A DNA stretch of 64,000 nucleotides from assembly GCA_041390145.1 (NCBI GenBank), contig JAWKQM010000012.1, positions 18,167-82,166 on the forward strand. Direction: 5' to 3'. Below are positions 57,986 to 64,000 of this stretch, in pieces; the stretch's first letter is position 1; every line of letters starts with the position of its first letter. Below the pieces are notes generated by a model that worked only from the letters and a program-made list of their open reading frames with translations, was not told the origin of the DNA and searched no databases. The DNA is from Gemmatimonadales bacterium (GTDB lineage: Bacteria; Gemmatimonadota; Gemmatimonadetes; Gemmatimonadales; GWC2-71-9). The position numbers were made by a program, and so were the translations under genes.

Positions 57986-60018
57986 GACGAACCCTGTGGT
58001 GCCTGGCGTCAGCGGGGGCGCTGGCGGCGACCGCCAGCAGCGCATCCGCACAAGCAGCGCCGGCCCCGATGACCATCGACAAGTTCCTCGAGGTGCGCGC
58101 GGTCTCCGACCCGCAACCCTCGCCGGACGGCCGGCTGCTGGCGTTCACCGTCTCCCAGCCATCGCTGGAGGACGACCGCAACCAGAGCCGCATCTGGCTT
58201 GCAGACCTCGGGTCGCGGGAGACCTGGGAAGCGACCTCGGGCTCGGGAAGCGAGCGGTCCCCGCGCTGGTCGGCGGATGGCAAGACGCTGTCCTACATCT
58301 CCACCCGGGAGGATGGCGCCCAGATCTGGCGCCTTCCCATCCGGGGTGGCGAGCCGACGCGCCTCTCGTACGTCCCCGGAGGCATCTCCGATTTCTGGGT
58401 GTCGCCGGGCGGCAAGGCGATGTTCTACGTCAAGGACGTCTCGTGGCCCGCGCAGCAGGAAGTCGTCCAGCGCAACGGCCCCTACCCGACCGAGGCCAAA
58501 ATCTGGACGGAGCTCTTCTACCGTCACTGGAACGAGTGGCGCGTCGGCGTGCGGACCCACGTCTTTCGGCTTGAGCCGGGCGATTCCGTCGGAACCGACA
58601 TCACCCCCTTTGACCGCGACGTGCCGACACTGGCTCTCGGCGGGGTCGGTGTGGCGCTGTCGCAGTTCGGCACCGAACTGGCCGTGGTCTACAACCCCGA
58701 CTCGTCGCTCGCGACCAGCACCAACAACGACATCTTCGTGATGGGGCCCGACGGCACCGGCAAGCAGGCGATCACGACCAACCCCGCCAACGACAACTCC
58801 CCTGCCTACTCCCCCGACAGCCGCTACGTGGCCTACCTGGCCATGACGGTGCCCGGCTTCGAGGCCGATCGCCAGCAGGTGATGATTTACGAGCGGGCCA
58901 CCGGGCGCCGGCGGGCCCTGACCCCGGAGTGGGACCTCTCGGTGGACGCCATCACCTGGACGCCCGACTCACGCGCGCTCATTGCCGAGGTGCCCGAGCG
59001 CGGCGGGGTGTCACTGTATCGTATCGACGCGGCCAGCGGCCGCCGGTCGCTCCTCGTCTCGGGAGGGGTCAACAGCGCCGTCCGCGTGCCGCCGCGCGGC
59101 GATGAGATGGTGTTCCTGCGAAGCACCGCGGACCGCCCGGCCGAGGTCTGGGCCGCGAACTGGAACAGCGGGGACGGCCTGCGCCAGGTGACCGCGCTCA
59201 ACGACGAATGGCGGAACGGGGTGCAACTCACCCCGCTGGAGCCGTTCGGGTTTGTCGGCGCGCTCGGCGACTCGGTCTTCGGCTGGCTGATGAAGCCTCC
59301 GGGCTTCGATCCCTCGAAGACGTACCCCGTGGTGTATCTCATCCATGGCGGCCCGCAGGGCGCCTGGAACGACGAATGGCATCCTCGCTGGAACTACGCG
59401 ATGTTCGCGGCGCGTGGGTACGTGGTGGCCGCGGTGAACTTTCACGGCAGCACCGGCTACGGCCAGGCGTTCACCAACAGCATCTCCCTCCACTGGGGCG
59501 ACTATCCCTACGACGACCTCATGAAGGGGCTGGACGTCGTGGCGGCCAACCCCTGGGTGGACGGCAGCCGGGTGGGCGCGGCCGGCGCCTCGTACGGCGG
59601 GTACATGATCTACTGGATGGCCGGGCAAACGAACCGGTTCCGCACGCTGGTGGCGCACGACGGGATCTTCAATCCGGTGAGCTTCAGCGGCACCACGGAA
59701 GAACTCTGGTTCCCGATCCATGAATTCGGCGGGACGCCGCTCATGCCGTCGGCCCGCGCCACGATGGAGAAGTGGTCGCCAGCCAATTACACGTCGCGCT
59801 GGCAGACACCGATGCTGGTGGTCCACGGGCAGGAGGACTACCGCGTGGACCTGTCCGAAGGACTCCAGGCGTACACCGCGCTGCGGCTCCGGGGCTTGCC
59901 GGGGAAGTTCCTCTACTTCCCCAACGAAGGGCACTTCGTCCTCCGCCCGCGGGACCGGCGCCTCTGGTGGGGCACGGTGCTCGACTGGCTCGACACCTCG
60001 CTCCGCCCAACGCCGTAG
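57982..60018 (+). CDS. S9 family serine peptidase (beta-propeller plus alpha/beta hydrolase)
   Basis: ATG overlaps the mnmA stop (ATGA). Signal peptide. Propeller repeats (SPDG/SADG/SPGG). Nucleophile elbow GASYGGYM. C-terminal HG..D and EGH catalytic blocks. Confidence 0.85.
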   Translation: MRRTLWCLASAGALAATASSASAQAAPAPMTIDKFLEVRAVSDPQPSPDGRLLAFTVSQPSLEDDRNQSRIWLADLGSRETWEATSGSGSERSPRWSADGKTLSYISTREDGAQIWRLPIRGGEPTRLSYVPGGISDFWVSPGGKAMFYVKDVSWPAQQEVVQRNGPYPTEAKIWTELFYRHWNEWRVGVRTHVFRLEPGDSVGTDITPFDRDVPTLALGGVGVALSQFGTELAVVYNPDSSLATSTNNDIFVMGPDGTGKQAITTNPANDNSPAYSPDSRYVAYLAMTVPGFEADRQQVMIYERATGRRRALTPEWDLSVDAITWTPDSRALIAEVPERGGVSLYRIDAASGRRSLLVSGGVNSAVRVPPRGDEMVFLRSTADRPAEVWAANWNSGDGLRQVTALNDEWRNGVQLTPLEPFGFVGALGDSVFGWLMKPPGFDPSKTYPVVYLIHGGPQGAWNDEWHPRWNYAMFAARGYVVAAVNFHGSTGYGQAFTNSISLHWGDYPYDDLMKGLDVVAANPWVDGSRVGAAGASYGGYMIYWMAGQTNRFRTLVAHDGIFNPVSFSGTTEELWFPIHEFGGTPLMPSARATMEKWSPANYTSRWQTPMLVVHGQEDYRVDLSEGLQAYTALRLRGLPGKFLYFPNEGHFVLRPRDRRLWWGTVLDWLDTSLRPTP

Positions 60019-60048
60019 TGCCGAACTCCTGACTTCGCCCGAGGTCCC

Positions 60049-60426
60049 ATGAAATCGTTCTTGATCCGGTGGATGATCAACACCATCGCCCTGTCGGCGG
60101 CGGTGCAGGTCATTCCCGGCATTCACTTCACCGACGGCCCCCTGCAGCTCCTGGCGGTCGCGCTCGTCTTTGGGGTGGTGAACGCGGTCCTTCGGCCGAT
60201 CCTGACCGTGCTTTCCTGTCCGCTGGTCCTGCTGACGCTGGGGCTCTTCACCCTGGTCATCAACGGGGTGATGCTGATGCTGACGGCGCGCCTGGCCGCC
60301 ATCTGGAACCTCGGGTTCCGCGTGGACGGCTTCATGCCCGCGTTCTGGGGCGGGCTCGTGGTGGGTCTGGTGAGCCTCGCCCTGGCGCTGCTGGTCAGCG
60401 GCGACCAGCGACCGGGGCCGGGGTGA
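60049..60426 (+). CDS. phage holin family 4 / YvlD-like small membrane protein
   Basis: GAGG SD. FLIRWMINTIALSAAVQVIPGI...VFGVVNAVLRPIL..LSCPL.LLTLGLFTLVINGVML pattern with 4 TM. Confidence 0.65.
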   Translation: MKSFLIRWMINTIALSAAVQVIPGIHFTDGPLQLLAVALVFGVVNAVLRPILTVLSCPLVLLTLGLFTLVINGVMLMLTARLAAIWNLGFRVDGFMPAFWGGLVVGLVSLALALLVSGDQRPGPG

Positions 60427-60510
60427 TAGGAGGCGCTTAACGTTTCGGGGAGGTCCTCGTCTATGGGGCGTAGTGCCCAACTGACCTGACCAACTCGAGG
60501 AGTCTCTCCC

Positions 60511-61419
60511 ATGCGAATCCCTACCACCGCCCTCCTGGTGGCCACGGCCTTCGCTGCCGCAGCCTGCAGCGACGCACCGACCGGCAGTTCCAGCGAAGAG
60601 ACCGCGGTCCAGCAGGCCTATCTCGATGTCGATGCCGGCTATTTCGACGAAAACCCCGGCGGCGACGACATCCTCGCCTCCCCCATCCTGACCTCCAATT
60701 CCACCCTCTTCTCCGCTCCAGGCGACCCGTACATCGCACCCGAACGCTGGGGACGGCGCCGTGCCGACGAGCGCCCCAGCCGCGAGCGCGTCGTCGTCAT
60801 CGAGGGCGACACCGCCAAGGTGGCGGTGGCGGTCCGGTTCCGCGGGGTGTTCCTCGTGGACACGACCTTCGACGGCGTGGTCAATCCCGGCGCCAAGCGG
60901 ATGCATGAGACGTTGCGGCACCACGCCGTATTCGTGCGGGATGACACCGCACCACGCGGGTGGCGGCTCGTTGCGATGAGCATCGGCAACATCGTGGATA
61001 CCGACCCTGCCCGGCGGACGGTGGAGATCACCTCCCTGACCGTGACCGTCAACGGCACCGACGTCGGCACGGTCTCCGACCCGAATCAGCTGTTCCGGGT
61101 GCAGGGTGGCGTTCCCGAACTGCACGTCGGTGACAGCGTGGTAGTTACCGCGGCGGTGCGCAACGCGACCGGTACGGACCTGGTGCCTCCGACCCAGGTG
61201 TTCCTGCACGTCCGCCACCACCGGGCCAACGCCGACACCTGGGGTCGCATCCAGATGCAGCCCAACGAGGATGGCACCTGGAGCATCGGGTGGACCGTTC
61301 GCCGACCGGGTATTGCCCGGATGGCGGTGGACGCGATCGACTCGGAGGCACTCCAGACCCAGTCCGGGGACAACTACCGCGCAAACATCTGGGCCTTTCC
61401 GTACCGCGCCATTCCCTGA
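60511..61419 (+). CDS. lipoprotein, unknown function
   Basis: GGAG SD. Lipobox AAAACS. No motif recognised. Followed by a strong stem-loop with a T-tract. Confidence 0.5.
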   Translation: MRIPTTALLVATAFAAAACSDAPTGSSSEETAVQQAYLDVDAGYFDENPGGDDILASPILTSNSTLFSAPGDPYIAPERWGRRRADERPSRERVVVIEGDTAKVAVAVRFRGVFLVDTTFDGVVNPGAKRMHETLRHHAVFVRDDTAPRGWRLVAMSIGNIVDTDPARRTVEITSLTVTVNGTDVGTVSDPNQLFRVQGGVPELHVGDSVVVTAAVRNATGTDLVPPTQVFLHVRHHRANADTWGRIQMQPNEDGTWSIGWTVRRPGIARMAVDAIDSEALQTQSGDNYRANIWAFPYRAIP

Positions 61420-61440
61420 GCGATCCACCGATCTGAGCGG

Positions 61441-61479
61441 CGCCGGTTCCGGGTAGCCCCCCGGGACCGGCGTTTCTCT
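61441..61479 (+). terminator. rho-independent-type terminator after lipoprotein gene
   Basis: 13-bp stem CGCCGGTTCCGGG / CCCGGGACCGGCG (one G:U), 6-nt loop, then TTTCTCT. Confidence 0.6.
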
Positions 61480-61502
61480 GTCTAAGGGCTTTTACCACAA
61501 TA

Positions 61503-61520
61503 TGTTACACGTTTGTGACA
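61503..61520 (+). promoter_or_regulatory. TGTNACA-N4-TGTNACA repeat upstream of ppk1
   Basis: TGTTACA-CGTT-TGTGACA lies 43 nt before ATG 61563. It reads both as a 7-4-7 direct repeat and as an 8-4-8 inverted repeat (ATGTTACA / TGTGACAT). Confidence 0.3.
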
Positions 61521-61562
61521 TCGCTTCCCGATGCCCTGCCGCCTCGCTACATTCCATGCCTG

Positions 61563-63665
61563 ATGACCTCGCCAACGACCGTGCCAGCCAGCCCCACGCG
61601 GCCCGACCTCAAGCACGCCGGGCTCTATTTCAACCGGGAACTGTCCTGGCTGGAGTTCAATCGGCGCGTCCTGCATGAGGCGCAGGATCCGCGGACGCCG
61701 CTCCTGGAGCGCCTCAAGTTCCTGGCCATCTTCGCGAGCAACCTCGACGAGTTCTTCCAGGTGCGCGTGGCCGGACTCCGCCGCCAGGTGGACGCCGGCT
61801 ACAGCGAACGCACGGCGGACGGCCTGACCCCCGATGAGCAGCTGCGCAGCATCGCGGAACTGGCGCGGGAGATGGTGGCGGCCCAGTACCGGTGCCTCCT
61901 GGAGGAGGTCGTGCCGGAGCTGGCCCGGGCGGGCGTGCATCTGTTGCTCGACCTCGCGGAGGCCACCGAGGAGGACCGCGCGCACCTGAAGGAGTACTTC
62001 CAGCGGAATGTGTTCCCGGTGCTGACGCCGCTGGCGGTGGACCCGGTCCATCCCTTCCCCTACATCTCGAACCTGAGCATCTCGATTGCCGTCTTCCTGC
62101 GCGGATCAGACGGCGAAGAGCGCTTCGCGCGGGTCAAGGTGCCGAAGATCCTGCCACGGTGGGTGGCGCTGCCCGGCACGCACCGGTACCTCCCCCTCGA
62201 ACAGCTGATCGGCGCCCACCTCGAGTCGCTGTTCCCCGGCGTCGAGATCCTGAGCTGGCACTCCTTCCGCATCACGCGGAACACCGATCTCCAGATCGAC
62301 CACGACGAGGCGGAGGACCTGCTGAGCCTGATCCAGGAGGAGGTGCGGAACCGGCGGTTCGCCGAGGTGTCCCGCCTTGAGGTCGGGGCCGGCACACCGA
62401 CGGCGCTGCGCCAGCTGCTGCTGGCGGAGTTCAACGCCTCGCAGGAAGAGGGCATCGAGCTGACGCTGGACGACGTCTACGAGGTGCCGGGGCTGCTCGA
62501 CTGCTCCGACCTGATGGCGCTGGCGACGCTGGACCTCCCGGAGCTCCGGGATCCGCCTTTCCTCCCGGTCACTCCCGCAAGGCTCGCCTCCGGCCGCAGC
62601 GTCTTCGACGTGATCCGGGAGGGCGATCTCCTGCTGCACCACCCCTATGACAGCTTCCAGACCTCGGTCGAACGATTCCTCCAGCAGGCGACCGACGATC
62701 CGGACGTGCTGGCCATCAAGCTTACCCTGTACCGGACCGGCGGCGATTCAAGCATCGCGCGCCTGCTGGCGCACGCCGCCGAGCGGGGGAAGCAAGTCGC
62801 GGTGCTGATCGAGCTGCAGGCCCGGTTTGACGAGGAGAGCAACATCATCTGGGCGCAGCGACTGGAGGACGTCGGGGTGCACGTCAGCTACGGCGTGGCC
62901 GGTCTCAAGACACACACCAAGATCATGCTCGTCGTCCGCCGCGAGGGGAACGACATCCGCCGGTACGTGCACATCGGCACCGGCAATTACAACCCGCGCA
63001 CCGCGCGGCTCTACACTGACTTCGGCCTCTTCTCCTGCGATCCCGCCCTCGGTGAAGACCTGACGGACCTCTTCAATGAGCTCACCGGCTTCGGCGTGAC
63101 GGAGCGGTTCCGGAAGCTGCTGGTGGCCCCGCGGACCATGCGTGATCGTTTCGTGGAGATGGTCCGCCGCGAGTGCGACCATGCGCGCGCCGGACGCCCG
63201 GCGCGCATTGTGGCCAAGATGAACGCCCTGGTCGATCCCGGCATGATCCACGAGTTGTACGAGGCGTCGCAGGCGGGGGTGCAGGTGCAGCTGATCATCC
63301 GGGGGATCTGCTGCCTCCGGCCCGGCGTGCCCGGGGTGAGCGACAACATCGAGGTCATCAGCATCGTGGGGCGCTTCCTGGAACACAGCCGGGCGTTCTG
63401 GTTTCACAACGGCGGGGCGGACGAGGTCTACATCGGTTCCGCCGACTGGATGCCGCGCAACCTTGACCGCCGTGTGGAAGCGGTCGCACCCGTGGAGGAC
63501 CCCCACCATCGGCGGGCCATGTGCGACGTGCTTGAATTGATGTGGGAAGACAACCGCCAGGCGTGGGAACTCCTGCCCGACGGGACCTATCGCCAGCGCC
63601 AGCCGCCCTCGCCCGAGGAGGAGCGCTCGACACATCGGCGGCTCCTCGACTCAGCGGGCCACTGA
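61563..63665 (+). CDS. ppk1: polyphosphate kinase 1
   Basis: YFNRELSWLEFNRRVLHEA N-terminus and the two PLD-like HKD-type blocks (THTKIMLV.R, FLEHSR). Start set at the first ATG (61563); GTG 61515 is possible. Confidence 0.9.
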   Translation: MTSPTTVPASPTRPDLKHAGLYFNRELSWLEFNRRVLHEAQDPRTPLLERLKFLAIFASNLDEFFQVRVAGLRRQVDAGYSERTADGLTPDEQLRSIAELAREMVAAQYRCLLEEVVPELARAGVHLLLDLAEATEEDRAHLKEYFQRNVFPVLTPLAVDPVHPFPYISNLSISIAVFLRGSDGEERFARVKVPKILPRWVALPGTHRYLPLEQLIGAHLESLFPGVEILSWHSFRITRNTDLQIDHDEAEDLLSLIQEEVRNRRFAEVSRLEVGAGTPTALRQLLLAEFNASQEEGIELTLDDVYEVPGLLDCSDLMALATLDLPELRDPPFLPVTPARLASGRSVFDVIREGDLLLHHPYDSFQTSVERFLQQATDDPDVLAIKLTLYRTGGDSSIARLLAHAAERGKQVAVLIELQARFDEESNIIWAQRLEDVGVHVSYGVAGLKTHTKIMLVVRREGNDIRRYVHIGTGNYNPRTARLYTDFGLFSCDPALGEDLTDLFNELTGFGVTERFRKLLVAPRTMRDRFVEMVRRECDHARAGRPARIVAKMNALVDPGMIHELYEASQAGVQVQLIIRGICCLRPGVPGVSDNIEVISIVGRFLEHSRAFWFHNGGADEVYIGSADWMPRNLDRRVEAVAPVEDPHHRRAMCDVLELMWEDNRQAWELLPDGTYRQRQPPSPEEERSTHRRLLDSAGH

Positions 63666-63667
63666 CC

Positions 63668-64000
63668 TCAGTACTTCAGACCCGCCGACTCCGCCAGCTG
63701 CCGCGCCAGCTCCTCCTGCTCCGGCGTCAGCTTCTCCGGCAGCTCGACTTTGACCGCCACGATCTGATCGCCGCGACGCCCACCACGCTCGAGCCCCTGC
63801 CCCTTGATCCGGAACTTCCGCCCTGGCTGCGTGCCGGCCGGGACCTTGAGCACGATCTTCTTGCCGTCGAGCGTGCGCACCCGGAGGCGGGTGCCGAGCA
63901 GTGCCTGGGCGAGGTTGACCGGAACTTCGCATAGCAGGTCGAGGCCGTCGCGCTGGAAGAACCGATCGGGCTCGACCGTAAAGACCACGATCAGGTCGCC
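63668..64000 (-). CDS. DnaJ/CbpA-type co-chaperone, C-terminal part only (5' end beyond window)
   Basis: GDLIVVFTVEPDRFFQRDGLDLLCEVPVNLAQALLG....V.TLDGK..LKVPAGTQPG is the DnaJ C-terminal domain pattern. The frame stays open to nt 64000. Confidence 0.7.
   Translation of the reverse strand, partial: GDLIVVFTVEPDRFFQRDGLDLLCEVPVNLAQALLGTRLRVRTLDGKKIVLKVPAGTQPGRKFRIKGQGLERGGRRGDQIVAVKVELPEKLTPEQEELARQLAESAGLKY

Overview
G+C-rich (roughly two-thirds by eye), very gene-dense bacterial chromosomal segment. I call 56 protein-coding genes, many joined by ATGA/GTGA/TGATG start-stop overlaps. I recognise no rRNA, tRNA, CRISPR array, IS/transposase, integrase or prophage. The gene content (acidobacterial-type PadR plus ADOP duplicated orphan permease, a short Bacteroidetes-like RpoD, an Lnb-like DUF4105 protein, BshB1, DUF2911 paralogs) suggests a Gemmatimonadota/Acidobacteriota-like Gram-negative; this is inference only. 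Housekeeping blocks: aroF-lolA-like; a seven-gene minus-strand operon rpmE-prfA-prmC-ylbF-like-tmk-S41 protease-DUF2520; rpoD-like sigma; aldehyde dehydrogenase; arfB; M16 peptidase; comM/yifB; bshB1-cysteine desulfurase-mnmA-S9 peptidase; ppk1; a dnaJ/cbpA-like fragment. Accessory or envelope blocks: TetR-TolC-MFP-RND efflux followed on the same strand by a small Cys/His-rich protein, a TonB-dependent receptor and a lipoprotein; PadR-ADOP; three tandem DUF2911 paralogs behind a Tat-signal CHCGC-motif protein and a very large polytopic histidine kinase; and a TolC-MacA-ATPase locus with four separate FtsX-type permease genes arranged A-B-A'-B'. I see no clear-cut known defence or mobile system. 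The best candidates for undescribed biology are: (1) the DUF2911 triplication plus Cys-rich Tat protein; (2) the duplicated heteromeric MacB-type permease module with a 18-bp perfect hairpin and a repeated G-rich boundary motif; (3) the translationally coupled LarE / membrane protein / sigma-54 activator / membrane protein operon; (4) a recurrent TAnnnT hexamer 6-7 nt upstream of start codons, including two face-to-face divergent pairs, pointing to leaderless mRNAs. All functional calls rest on motif recognition by eye in the supplied translations. No database search was run.
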